From a bacterium (GTDB taxonomy: Bacteria > Bacteroidota > Bacteroidia > Bacteroidales > WCHB1-69): DNA of 64,000 nt. The translations under genes were made by a program, and so were the position numbers. Shown here piece by piece: positions 1 through 10,521 of this stretch. The notes below the pieces were generated by a model, which worked only from the letters and a program-made list of their open reading frames with translations, had not been told where the DNA came from and searched no databases. Within the stretch, counting starts at the first letter, position 1, and the number at the start of each line of letters is the position of its first letter. The stretch spans positions 4,397 through 68,396 of the forward strand of contig CAVIJD010000008.1 of NCBI GenBank assembly GCA_963643165.1, given 5' to 3'.

Positions 1-3000
1 AAGACTCCATCACAGCCACAGAATACATCGACTCCACCCTCTTCGACACCCTGAAGACCGACGCGCAGTATGTGGCCGTGCTCGACATCAGCATCAAGCA
101 GATGGAAGACACCTCCCAGCACTACGACCTGCTCAACGGCGGCAAGTCGCACTATGCCGCCTTCCGGCTCAAGGAGGAACCCGAGTTCAAGTCGGACCTC
201 AACACCAAGCTTGTGTGCGACTCCTCCAAGTACAACGCATTGGAAAAAGAGCCCATATTCCCGTCGCCGCAAACGTTGATAAAAGAGGCGCGTGAGTTTA
301 AGATGGGCGAGTTTCCGATGGTGATGCAGCGCGCCCAATACGACTCCACCAAGAAAACCTATAGCGGCGACGGCTACATCATCTGGCGTCCGCTCGGCGT
401 TGACGTGCGGCTCAAGGTGGATTTCAAAGACATAAAGTTCAACAAGAACTACGAGATTATCGCCGGCACCGCCACGAGCAGCGCCACCGACTCCGCCACC
501 TACCTGTCGGCGATGACCAATGAACTGGGGCTCGACCTCGACTCGTTAGGCACGCCCGAGCTCAACAAGATTGTAGCCAAACTGGGGCAGAACGAGGAGA
601 TCAAGAAAAAATACGAAACATTCAAAAGTTGGGGCGAAAAATACGCCAAGAAGTACGGTGGCCTGCTCGGACCGCTGCAAGGCGGCAACGTCGCCACCGA
701 GGTGCTCACCTTCCCGTTGAGCGTCACCGACGAGAAAATCACCGGCTCCAAAAACGTCGTCTTCGTCATCAACAACATGTACTTCTCGCCTGTGGCCTCC
801 CTCATGGGCTTCTGGGCCATCTTTGCCGCCAGCAGCGACAACGCATACGTGCCGTTCCTCGCCAACAACATCTGCATGGAACCGGGCAACCTGTTAGGAA
901 ATGCCGACCAGCACATAGAAATGTACATGGGGCGCAACTATGAGTTCGACCTCTCCAAAGGCTACAAGATGCGCTTCAAGAAAGCCTCCTCCTTCAGCGA
1001 CCCCAAAGACGGCACCGTCATCGTGATAGACTCCGGAAAGCTGAAAGACCTGTTTGTGGATATTGACTTCCAGATGAACCCCGAAGACTTGCGGAAAATC
1101 GACAAAGACGGAAAAGCGCTGAAAGGAAACCCCACCGACCCGGAATCCTGTGTCAAAGCCTCGTTCCGTGCCAACCTCCGCGACTGGGACGACTGGATGG
1201 TACAGATCAAGATGGACGCATTTGCGCCCGCCGACTGCGAGAACTTCTCATTCTACCCCACAGGCAAGGGCATTTGGTATGACCACTCCTCCACCAAGAC
1301 CCCTGACGAGATAGCCTTCCCCAAAGGCTACCTGACCGGGGGCATGGACACCGTAAAAGGGAAAGGCAACAAAACCGACACCCAGCAGCAAGCCGAGAAA
1401 GACAAAACCATGTCAAAGGAACGGCTGGAGTGGCAGGGCTTCTACTGGAACGAGATGACCATCTTCCTCTCCGAGGAAATCAGCAACACCTTCACCGACA
1501 AGAAAGAGCCGAAAGACTCTATGGTAGTGTATCATTACGGCATCAACAACAGCCAAACCGACTCGGCCCTCTACCATCGCACGGGGACCCGTGTCAACTT
1601 CGGGGCCAAAGACATCTTCATTGACACTTGCGGCTTCACGGCCGAGTTCTTTGTGCGCGACATTCTGAAAGCCGAAACCAAAAAAGGCGGCGGCTGGGCA
1701 TTCTCGCTCGACACCATCAGCGTGAGCATCCTCAAAAACGACTTCAAACATGCCTCCATCAAAGGCGCATTCGGCGTTCCGCTCTTCTCGGGCGACTTCC
1801 ACTACCATTGCGCCATCGGCGCCGACAGCCTCACCTTCAACATCGATGTCATGGACGACACCCTTGACCTTGACCTCTGGATAGCAAAGGTCTTGTTCGA
1901 CAAGAAATCCTCCTGCTTCAGAGTGAAGAAAATATATGATGAAGAAGACACCCGCTTTGACATGACCATAAGCGGAAAAATAAACATTGACTTTAACGCA
2001 ATAGACGTTCCATTCAACTTCGCACTCTGCAAATTTGAGGGCATGGGCATGCGCAACTACAACACCATCAAGGACACCAGCACCGTGGACGGCTTCGAGT
2101 TCACGCTTGGAAAGTGGAGTTTTGCCTCGCCGCAACACAGCATCGGGGGCGTGGCATCAGACAAGTATGGGAAACTGCACAACTTGGCGGCACCCGACGG
2201 CGGTGAGGTCGGAAGCCTCGACATTGCGGGAATCTTCACCGCCAGCCTCAAAGAACTGAAACCTTACGCCAGTTATGACTCCAAAGCGAAGAAACTCAAA
2301 CTTGGCTTCGACACTGAGCTGTCGCTGAAAGTGAACTTTGGCGAAAACAACGCCTTCGGCGGTTCCTTCGGATTCAAATTGTGGGGCACTTGCGAACCAT
2401 TCAACAATTTTAAAGTCAGCAAGCCCGAATTCGAATTAGGCAAGATTGGCGTACAATGCAACCTTGACGTCTTCGATCTGGAAGGGGAACTTGAATTTCC
2501 CAGCAAAGACGACAAGAGTTTCAAGACTGGACTTAAAGGGAAACTCAATGTCAGTTGCTTAGGCGGTTCTGTACAACTGAAAATGAGTGCCGGCTTCGGC
2601 ACTGCTGAAAAAAAGAATGGTGCCGGCACCTACTCTTGGTGGTTCTTGGACGGCGGTTGCAAGTTCCCGGGTGGCATTCCCCTCGGTGCCATCAGCATCA
2701 ATGGCTTCTCCGGTGGTTTTGCTTACAACATGGAATCCACAAGAGACTTGTCAAGTTTAACCTGTCAAAATCTTCTGGCCAAAGCCGAGGATAACTCTAA
2801 GCAAAACACGGCAGTCAACTCCGATGCTCAATTTGTGCCAAAGTATGACTATTGGGTTGCCAATGCCGGCATCAGCATGGTTCTTACCGGTGCTGAAAAC
2901 ACAATGAACGCCGACGGACTCGTCTCGCTGCGCATCGGCGAAGGCCACTTTACCGGCATTTTCATACAAGCCAATGCCTACGTGATGACCAAGATGGACA

Positions 3001-6000
3001 AGAGCAAAACTCCCGGTGACGGCACGAACAACAGTGGCAGCTTGGTGAAAGCCTCTGCCTTGATGGGCTACGAACAGACTTCCGAATGGAATTACTTCCG
3101 GATTTCCATTAATGCCAAATTGGATATTAATCTTGACAAATTACTTAAGGGTTTGTCTTCCACCACAGTAGGCGGGGCCGTACAAGCCGTGCATTCCGGA
3201 CTGATGAGAGCGGGTGCAAGCATCGTTGGCGGCGTTGACACAGTACTGAACAACTTAGGTTCCGTAGGTTCCTCTCTGAAAAAACATACGCAAAGCTTGC
3301 GCGAAGATGCCGTAGAAAGTTCCACCGGCAGCGGTGGCGCATTGCCAAGTTTCAGCATAGAGGCGAAAATACCGATTGATTTTGAACTGAAGCATTACAA
3401 GAAAAACACGGCTGACGGCAAGAAAGGGACAACCGACTGGTATTTCGCCATTGGCAAGCCCAAATACGACGAGCGTGTGCAGTTGAAATCCAATTTAGAC
3501 CTTGTAATAGCCAAAGCAGAGGCCGAATTCACGTTCTACCTGCAAACGGGCAATGCCTTTGCCTACGAACTGCCTCCATTGAGCCAATCCCTCAAAGAAT
3601 TCTTCGGGTTGGAAAAGAAAGGCAAAGAAATGCAAAAAGGCGCAAGTGAGGAAGGGGTCAAGAAAACACGTAAGATCCCGAACGACGACTGGCTCAAAAT
3701 CGACAAGGGCGGCGGTTTCTGTATGGGCTCGACTTTCCACACCAGATTGGAGTTCTGCTGCTTCCTTTATCTCAACATCGAGGCGGACTTAGGATTCGAC
3801 ATCGCCATGTTGGATGTGACGGGCTTAGGATGCCCCGGACATGGTCAAATCGGAAAGAACAACTTCTATGCTACGGGGCGTGTTTATGCGGCACTGCAAG
3901 GAGAAGTTGGTCTGAAAATCAATTTAGGGTTCTGGAGCGGCAAAATCAAACTCCTGTCCGCCGGTGTAGGCGCCTTGTTGCAGGGTGGCGGTCCTAACCC
4001 GTCGTATGCCTACGGACTGCTCCGTTTCAAAGTGAGTGCCTTGAACGGGTTGCTCAAATTCAGCACCTCCGTTGACTTCAGCATGGGTGAGGTTTGCGTG
4101 CCCGGTGCCGGCGACCCGCTCGCCAACGTCAAACTCTTCCAAAGCGTAACCCCCGGCTACGAAAACGAGAACACCGCCAAGGAATCCAAAAACGCCATTT
4201 CGGCATTGACCATTGGTGCCATCGTGTCCAATATGCCTTGGGACCAGGAAATCCCGCTGAGCGACAACGACAGAACGCGTAAATTCAGGTTCACACTGCT
4301 GGAGGACGATTGCAAATACAGCACTGCAGCCAACACACAGTACGCTGTGGTTTCAGGAAGAAACAGACTTGTGTTCACAAACAACAAAAACGATGCTAAC
4401 AGCATACTCTTTGAAAGCGAAGAGGGCGGATTTGTGCCTGATGTGAACAATAAACTTTACCTTAAGGCCCGAGCCTTTGAGTGGAGGAAGAAACTGAAAT
4501 CCAATGAAATCAGCAGCAAAGGCTTACGTTCCGACGATGCTTATCATGTTTCCGGTTCAAATAAAGGGGATATTTACAATAATGCTCCCGACTATTGCTG
4601 GCGCAACCCAACCTATCTGGATGAAGACCAAAAAAAGAAATACGAAATACGCACCTGGACACAAGACACCACGCTGTTCTTCAAGACTAAGCCCATGGGT
4701 TACACCCTTAACAACCAGGTTGTATTCGCATGGCCTTACAACGGAGAAATAAACTTCCCAAACAAAGAATACGTGTATAGAAACGGACACTATTGGGTCA
4801 ACCTTTACCTGTTCAAAGATAGACCTGACCTTTTCAAAACAAACAACTCCGGAAACAGAACATGCAAGATTATTCTGTTCACCAACAATATTGTGGGCAT
4901 TTATCTTGGCAATAATTATGAATATGAACTTTCATACGTATATGATGCAAGTGGCAAACTTCCCTTGTTGAGGATTCAGTTGCCGGACAAGATCGTCGGC
5001 TTGGGAGGTGGATTTAAAATCAAAATTTACTCCATTGAGAAAAGCAAGTTCGAAGCCGGCTTAAAACAGGAAGATCTGGCCATCACAAAAGTTGACCAAG
5101 AAAAGAGCCGCATTGCCATCTCTGACCAAACGTATGCGGATGCCATAAACGCACATAACAACCCGAACGGAAGTTCCGGAAAAGGTTCCAGCTCTCGCTT
5201 TGGCTCTTCAAAGGGTAATTCAAAAAATGACCAAATTCAGTCGTCGGTTATTTTCGCAAACGGAAAAGGCAAAGGAAACGTCAATATGCCAAACACTCCG
5301 CAAATTAAGGGTCGTTCCCATCCTTCCAACACAGCACCAGTTTCCTTTTCGAACAGTTCTCCAAAGAACGTTGTCAACATAAGGAACAACCAGTTGGAGG
5401 ATGTCTATAACTCGCTGCAAGAGTCCGGAAAAGACACGATGTACTATAAGCGCACACGGCTGAAGAACGCCATTGACGTTCTCGACAGAGATGGGGATCT
5501 TATCTATTGCTGGACCTGGGCAGCCACAACAACTGGATGGGGGGGCGCTAGAAAAACACCCGATTATGAGGCCTTGCTGAAAACTGACACCTACGGAGAA
5601 GAAAGACCGACCGATTTCATCAGTGCCAAATACAACCTCCTTTCAAGCACTTGCACCGTCACTGTAAAAAAGGACAAAATCATCTTAAATCCTCATTACG
5701 CCAATAGTGTGTTGTTGAATGCCAGAGGCCATCTTTTCCTTCCGCACGACTACCAAGACCCTGCAATGTATAACACCAATTGCATTCAACCACCAAGAGC
5801 GTTCTTCTTAACCAACTATAATGCGGAAATGAATGAGTTGCACAATCGCTATTTCCAGCATTTTTTGGATCTTGAACGATCCTTCAAATCATACTCCGAG
5901 GTTTCTTCGTTCAAGAAAGGTCTTTCTGCTGCTGACATTCAAAATTTAGATCGAACGATGGCAAAGGGACTGGTGGCAAATCCTAATTACGCTTTTTCTA

Positions 6001-7007
6001 ACATCAGCCGCAGAATAAAAGCCGGCACTCTATTTGAGCGTTGCAATGAAGCCAATTACCATCCTACCGCCATTGACAAACCTAAGATATTGGATTTCGA
6101 GGCAACAGTCCAGAACTTTGTCCCCTACAAAGAGGAAGATTTCAACAAAACTATCAATATGGGTGGTAGCGATTTACTGGATAGCAGATATAATAATTAT
6201 GTAAATGGAGTTCGCATCATCGATTATGCTACCCCATCTTTGATGGATGATGTGGTTAAATTCCATAATTTTTTCCAACGGAATCAACAATTAGCGCAGT
6301 ATTTCAACAAAAAAAGTTGGAAAGACAAGAAAAAAATAGTAGTAGACTTGACAGACAAATACAAATATGCAATGTTCGAGTATCCGGAGCCATTCCCATT
6401 CCAGATGCCTCTACTTTACCTTCCTATGCACTATATGAGTATTAAAAATGCATTATACGAATATGGTGATAGTTTCATAACAAGCGGCGGGATTACTATT
6501 TACAAGAAAAACTACGACAAATCTCGTTATTTCATTTACCACAAACAACTTCCAAAACGCTATTGGAATTGGAGTTATTACTGGTGGAGTGCAAAAGGGC
6601 AAGGCACAGAAGATGCCGGAGAAGGCTTGGACAGGAATTTTTACGACGGAGGCGGAAGAACAAGAAGCACAATATATTACAATGCAGTTCCGGGACATCC
6701 TGACCAACGCCTCGACCATATATTGGGCAGTTGGTATTATCATGAAGCCTACCCCACCCAATTTAGCAATTCTCTCTCTTACGCTTTTGTCACTTCCAAC
6801 TGTTCTAATTTTGAGGCGACACTTATGAAGATAGCTGTGGCCGTCAAGAACAACGATCCTATCGTTTTCTTCCCCACCAAGCAAGTCTATACTAATGCAA
6901 AATACTATTACTCTCTTAAGAATATTTCAAGTTTCAATAAAATACTCAGCAAACCTTATTTAGAAGTTAAAAGTTATGATTCTGATACAGAGTTCAACTA
7001 TAAATAA
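1..7007 (+). CDS. Giant beta-rich hypothetical protein, 5'-partial (at least 2334 aa inside the window)
   Basis: One uninterrupted frame. The same frame is stop-free from nt 3 to the ORF-track GTG at 72, so the gene enters from upstream of the window. G/F/Y-rich strand-like segments are present (GFSGGFAYN, LKLGFDTELSLKVNFG). No family recognised by eye. Stop at 7005-7007. Confidence 0.8.
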   Translation, partial: DSITATEYIDSTLFDTLKTDAQYVAVLDISIKQMEDTSQHYDLLNGGKSHYAAFRLKEEPEFKSDLNTKLVCDSSKYNALEKEPIFPSPQTLIKEAREFKMGEFPMVMQRAQYDSTKKTYSGDGYIIWRPLGVDVRLKVDFKDIKFNKNYEIIAGTATSSATDSATYLSAMTNELGLDLDSLGTPELNKIVAKLGQNEEIKKKYETFKSWGEKYAKKYGGLLGPLQGGNVATEVLTFPLSVTDEKITGSKNVVFVINNMYFSPVASLMGFWAIFAASSDNAYVPFLANNICMEPGNLLGNADQHIEMYMGRNYEFDLSKGYKMRFKKASSFSDPKDGTVIVIDSGKLKDLFVDIDFQMNPEDLRKIDKDGKALKGNPTDPESCVKASFRANLRDWDDWMVQIKMDAFAPADCENFSFYPTGKGIWYDHSSTKTPDEIAFPKGYLTGGMDTVKGKGNKTDTQQQAEKDKTMSKERLEWQGFYWNEMTIFLSEEISNTFTDKKEPKDSMVVYHYGINNSQTDSALYHRTGTRVNFGAKDIFIDTCGFTAEFFVRDILKAETKKGGGWAFSLDTISVSILKNDFKHASIKGAFGVPLFSGDFHYHCAIGADSLTFNIDVMDDTLDLDLWIAKVLFDKKSSCFRVKKIYDEEDTRFDMTISGKINIDFNAIDVPFNFALCKFEGMGMRNYNTIKDTSTVDGFEFTLGKWSFASPQHSIGGVASDKYGKLHNLAAPDGGEVGSLDIAGIFTASLKELKPYASYDSKAKKLKLGFDTELSLKVNFGENNAFGGSFGFKLWGTCEPFNNFKVSKPEFELGKIGVQCNLDVFDLEGELEFPSKDDKSFKTGLKGKLNVSCLGGSVQLKMSAGFGTAEKKNGAGTYSWWFLDGGCKFPGGIPLGAISINGFSGGFAYNMESTRDLSSLTCQNLLAKAEDNSKQNTAVNSDAQFVPKYDYWVANAGISMVLTGAENTMNADGLVSLRIGEGHFTGIFIQANAYVMTKMDKSKTPGDGTNNSGSLVKASALMGYEQTSEWNYFRISINAKLDINLDKLLKGLSSTTVGGAVQAVHSGLMRAGASIVGGVDTVLNNLGSVGSSLKKHTQSLREDAVESSTGSGGALPSFSIEAKIPIDFELKHYKKNTADGKKGTTDWYFAIGKPKYDERVQLKSNLDLVIAKAEAEFTFYLQTGNAFAYELPPLSQSLKEFFGLEKKGKEMQKGASEEGVKKTRKIPNDDWLKIDKGGGFCMGSTFHTRLEFCCFLYLNIEADLGFDIAMLDVTGLGCPGHGQIGKNNFYATGRVYAALQGEVGLKINLGFWSGKIKLLSAGVGALLQGGGPNPSYAYGLLRFKVSALNGLLKFSTSVDFSMGEVCVPGAGDPLANVKLFQSVTPGYENENTAKESKNAISALTIGAIVSNMPWDQEIPLSDNDRTRKFRFTLLEDDCKYSTAANTQYAVVSGRNRLVFTNNKNDANSILFESEEGGFVPDVNNKLYLKARAFEWRKKLKSNEISSKGLRSDDAYHVSGSNKGDIYNNAPDYCWRNPTYLDEDQKKKYEIRTWTQDTTLFFKTKPMGYTLNNQVVFAWPYNGEINFPNKEYVYRNGHYWVNLYLFKDRPDLFKTNNSGNRTCKIILFTNNIVGIYLGNNYEYELSYVYDASGKLPLLRIQLPDKIVGLGGGFKIKIYSIEKSKFEAGLKQEDLAITKVDQEKSRIAISDQTYADAINAHNNPNGSSGKGSSSRFGSSKGNSKNDQIQSSVIFANGKGKGNVNMPNTPQIKGRSHPSNTAPVSFSNSSPKNVVNIRNNQLEDVYNSLQESGKDTMYYKRTRLKNAIDVLDRDGDLIYCWTWAATTTGWGGARKTPDYEALLKTDTYGEERPTDFISAKYNLLSSTCTVTVKKDKIILNPHYANSVLLNARGHLFLPHDYQDPAMYNTNCIQPPRAFFLTNYNAEMNELHNRYFQHFLDLERSFKSYSEVSSFKKGLSAADIQNLDRTMAKGLVANPNYAFSNISRRIKAGTLFERCNEANYHPTAIDKPKILDFEATVQNFVPYKEEDFNKTINMGGSDLLDSRYNNYVNGVRIIDYATPSLMDDVVKFHNFFQRNQQLAQYFNKKSWKDKKKIVVDLTDKYKYAMFEYPEPFPFQMPLLYLPMHYMSIKNALYEYGDSFITSGGITIYKKNYDKSRYFIYHKQLPKRYWNWSYYWWSAKGQGTEDAGEGLDRNFYDGGGRTRSTIYYNAVPGHPDQRLDHILGSWYYHEAYPTQFSNSLSYAFVTSNCSNFEATLMKIAVAVKNNDPIVFFPTKQVYTNAKYYYSLKNISSFNKILSKPYLEVKSYDSDTEFNYK

Positions 7008-7018
7008 AAACATACGAT

Positions 7019-9256
7019 ATGAAGACAACAATGCTCAACAATAATCTCCTCAAAGCCAGCAATATACTTCTCTTTTTCCTTGGTTTCTGGTGCAACCATG
7101 CCTTGGCACAAGACATCGAGACCATTCAATATGTTGATACAACGGGAACTATTGACACGTCATCAACTTACGAGTCGCCATACGGAAAACGCTACAACTT
7201 TGTGTTGGTAGCGCGCAGCTACGGCGACAGCGTCGTGTTGCGTTGGGCTCCGGAGAACGCCGGCGTCTGGATTTCCGCCAACTACTACGGCTGGAACATC
7301 TTGCGCGACAAAGACGAGTCGGAAATTCGCGAGGACGACACCACCTTCAACATCCGGTTGAATGACAAACCCATCAAGCCGCTCTCCCTCGACGAGATGA
7401 TGCAGCGTTATGACTCTACCAACATTTTCATCGGGGCGGCGGCACAGGCCCTCTACGGCGAGTCGTACTACAACCCCAAAGAGGGCGACGGCTTGGCCAA
7501 CTACGTGTTCCGTCGCGACCAGGAACAAAACCAACGTATGGCCATGGCTTACCTTGCCGCCGAAGGACATCCTGAGGTGGCCGACGCCCTCGGCCTGCGC
7601 TTTGTGGATACTGCCGTTAAGGTTGGCCGTACCTATATGTACCGTGTTGAGAGCCTCATCCCGCAAGAACAGATCTTTATGCCCGCAAAATTCTTCATGG
7701 TCAACAACATTCCGTATGTGCGGTCCGAGGACGAGAAGATACCGGAAATACAGATCTACCAGAACGGTCCGTTCACAGCCTTTGTCTATTGGGAAAAGAA
7801 CAAACTGTCGGGATACTACGTGGAGCGCAGCAGCGACAACGGCAAGACCTGGGAAAAACTAAACAGCGCCCCCATCTACGGCTACATGCCAGACCACGAT
7901 GCCTACGAAGTGCTTGGCGACGACATCGGGAAACTGCTGGAACACAACGTCGGCTTAATTGACTCCCTGGAACTGAACGTCAAGTACCAATACCGCGTCA
8001 AGGCGTTTGATGCCTTTGGCGACTACGCTCCGGAACGCGTCTCCGAAAAGTTCGAGATGGAAGACCGCATACCGCCTACCGTGCCCGTGTTGGACGAAAT
8101 ACTGCCTAAAGACAACAAAGTGTGTACGCTACAGTGGTATATGGACAAAAAAGATGACGACCTCAAAGGTTTCATCGTAGCATTCTCGGACGTGCCGGAG
8201 GGACCGTGGAATCATGTTACCGAACTGCTTCCGCCCACCGCTCGCCAATGGACCGACAACGATGCCGAGAAGCGCGGCAGGGGCTTCTTCCGCATCTTTG
8301 CGGTTGACGAAAGCCAGAACTTCTCCTACTCCACCTCAAAGTGCAACAACATCGAAGACGTGTTCGCACCCGCACCGCCTACCGGCTTCCAAGCTTGGGT
8401 TGACACCGCCGGCGTGGTCTATTTCAACTGGAACAAAAGTCCTGAAAAAGACGTCTATGGCTACCATATCTATTTTGCCAACCAGATTGACCACGACTAC
8501 ATTCCAAAGACCAACTACAGGGTTGAAGACACAACCTGGACCGACACCGTCAGTTTGAACACCCTGACCAAGTACATATATTATTACATCGTGGCGGAAG
8601 ACTACAGTCACAACATCTCCTTGCCATCCGACACGCTGGCCGTGCCTGTGCCGGACACCATCGCGCCGGGCATCGCCCTGCTGGAAGACTACACCACCAC
8701 CAACGAGTCGGTGACCTTCAAGTGGCTGCAGAGCACCTCCGAGGACGTGGCCTACTACTACGTCTATCGCAAGTTTGACAACGAGAAGCAGTGGAAGTAC
8801 CTCCGCATCATCACCCCCGACGAGCTGGAGGAGAACGAGCCCATCATCCTCATTGACTACCCCGAACCCTCGCCCAAGAACTACAACTACTGCATCGAGG
8901 TAATTGACCGCGACGGGCTCTCGTCGGGCAAGACGGGACAGACCACCATACGTTTCCGCGGCGCGTCCACCCTCAAGATACCGCTCACCCTCAAGGCCGC
9001 ACCCCACAAGAGCGGCAACGGCGTCACCCTCAACTTCACCTACGAGTACGAGTCGCACCACGACTACTACGGCGTCATTTACAAGTCGGTGAACGGCGAG
9101 CCCGCCTACGTGCTGGGCAGTTTCAACCGCGGCGAGAACACCTACAACGACTTCAACGTCAACTCTGGTGACACGGTGTCGTACTACATCCGCATGATGC
9201 TGGGCAACGGCAAGCAGTCGCAGTCCTCTGAAACCGCAACCGTCAAGGTAAAATAA
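7019..9256 (+). CDS. Secreted protein with tandem fibronectin-III-like repeats
   Basis: Signal peptide MKTTMLNNNLLKASNILLFFLGFWCNHALAQ. Several repeats carry an Fn3-style strand signature (YQYRVKAFDAFGDYAP, FRIFAVDESQNFSYS, YYYIVAEDYSHNISLPS, YNYCIEVIDRDGLSSG). Starts 11 nt after the giant ORF, so probably co-transcribed. Confidence 0.7.
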   Translation: MKTTMLNNNLLKASNILLFFLGFWCNHALAQDIETIQYVDTTGTIDTSSTYESPYGKRYNFVLVARSYGDSVVLRWAPENAGVWISANYYGWNILRDKDESEIREDDTTFNIRLNDKPIKPLSLDEMMQRYDSTNIFIGAAAQALYGESYYNPKEGDGLANYVFRRDQEQNQRMAMAYLAAEGHPEVADALGLRFVDTAVKVGRTYMYRVESLIPQEQIFMPAKFFMVNNIPYVRSEDEKIPEIQIYQNGPFTAFVYWEKNKLSGYYVERSSDNGKTWEKLNSAPIYGYMPDHDAYEVLGDDIGKLLEHNVGLIDSLELNVKYQYRVKAFDAFGDYAPERVSEKFEMEDRIPPTVPVLDEILPKDNKVCTLQWYMDKKDDDLKGFIVAFSDVPEGPWNHVTELLPPTARQWTDNDAEKRGRGFFRIFAVDESQNFSYSTSKCNNIEDVFAPAPPTGFQAWVDTAGVVYFNWNKSPEKDVYGYHIYFANQIDHDYIPKTNYRVEDTTWTDTVSLNTLTKYIYYYIVAEDYSHNISLPSDTLAVPVPDTIAPGIALLEDYTTTNESVTFKWLQSTSEDVAYYYVYRKFDNEKQWKYLRIITPDELEENEPIILIDYPEPSPKNYNYCIEVIDRDGLSSGKTGQTTIRFRGASTLKIPLTLKAAPHKSGNGVTLNFTYEYESHHDYYGVIYKSVNGEPAYVLGSFNRGENTYNDFNVNSGDTVSYYIRMMLGNGKQSQSSETATVKVK

Positions 9257-9295
9257 GAGGGGTTAGAAGAACCGCCAGCTCTGACACAGCCTGTA

Positions 9296-9689
9296 TTATA
9301 CAGGATCTGTCAAATTTTGAGGATTTCTGTTTATTGGATTATATTGATTTGCGGTGTCAAAGCAATTCTCCGCTGTCCCTGGGAACTGTTCAATCAAGGA
9401 CTTACGGACATTATCATATCCCTTAAAGACCGTAAACCATATTGACCAATAACCACCAGCCTTTGCCAAATCGACTATTGTATCAATGCCCACCTTTGGC
9501 TGTACATGTTCGACATGCAGGTCTCTCTGATTCTGGTTGTGGACTTCACAATAGGAGCAGAAATCACCGAGATTAGCCAAAAGTGGTTTTTTGGGCTTTT
9601 GTATATGGTTGATATGTTCGGGCAACACATTGAACTTTCCCCTCAACTGAAATCAATTCGCCAACAGCAGCCTTCTTCACTGGTCTCAT
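9296..9689 (-). pseudogene. HNH endonuclease (PtuB-like), frameshifted
   Basis: ORF 9296-9646 carries CSYCE...HVEHVQPK (Cys pair plus HxxH of an HNH core). A good ATG at 9689 (MRPVKKAAVGELISVEG), forming an ATGA overlap with the upstream TGA, lies 43 nt upstream of the ORF-track TTG start. That is a different frame, which implies a frameshift near 9640-9650. Confidence 0.55.
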
Positions 9690-10430
9690 CTGGAATTCCT
9701 TTCTGCTCTCAAAAGAGACACGTATGCGGGATTGTCACTATATTCCGCCTCCATTTCATCCAGTGTTTTCTTAATTTCAATTGTTTCCTTATCGTCAACT
9801 TTATCTGACAATACTAAATCATATTACTTGTCAGCAAGTTTTACCATATTCTGATATCGCTGGCTTCTTTTCAGGTCTGACATATTCATCTCTGTCGCAG
9901 CTATCTCTTCTACACTTCGGTATATAGGGTCTGTGTCACTTGTCACGCCATCGAGCACAACAAGATTTTCTTTCTTAACACTTTGGACAATAAACGGAGA
10001 GTGTGTGGTGACAACAAATTGAATGTTCGGAAATGCCTTACGCAAATCTTCCAATATATGCATTTGCCATCTTGGATGCAGATAAAGTTCCAATTCATCA
10101 ATCATAACGATACCAGGGGTTTTCTCAACAGCATCCTTTCCAAGAAAACCATTCAGTTCAACACAACGATGTGCAATCTCTGCTGCAATACATATAACCG
10201 ATTTAAAACCATCGCTCATGTGCTCAAAGGTCTGATAAGTCGGGGGCAAATCCCGAACTCCTACACATGCCGAAAACTCGTTGTTTTTAGTGTCAATATG
10301 AATGTCATCCAATGCAGGTATTGCTTTGTACAAGGCATTAATGAACGCCTCAAAAGTACCTGGTGTAACTTGATTCGATTTCAGATTACGATCGTATCGG
10401 TACAACCAGTCGAATGCTCCCCCAACCACT
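9686..10430 (-). pseudogene. ABC-like AAA_15/AAA_21-type ATPase (PtuA-like), 5'-truncated with an in-frame stop
   Basis: Retains the Walker B/D-loop VMIDELELYLHP and H-loop TTHSPF but has no Walker A. The first ~45 codons of ORF 9824-10564 are read-through of the pepD terminator hairpins and the pepD 3' end. TAA at 9824-9826 is in frame with 45 more codons (YDLVLSDKVDDKETIEIKK...RNSR) that end at TGA 9686-9688. Confidence 0.6.
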
Positions 10431-10435
10431 GCCAC

Positions 10436-10500
10436 TTTTTTTGCCGTCAGACGGCAAAAAAAAGGGAGCAGTGGCGGCTCGTTTCGCCGCCACTGCTCCC
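10436..10500 (-). terminator. Tandem hairpins downstream of pepD
   Basis: GGGAGCAGTGGCGGC-tcgtttc-GCCGCCACTGCTCCC forms a 15-bp perfect stem (10464-10500). It is followed by T7-GCCG..CGGC-A8 (10436-10463). The structure begins 22 nt after the pepD stop. A/T runs on both sides would allow bidirectional action. Confidence 0.6.
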
Positions 10501-10521
10501 GTGACTCATTGTAAGCTCCCG

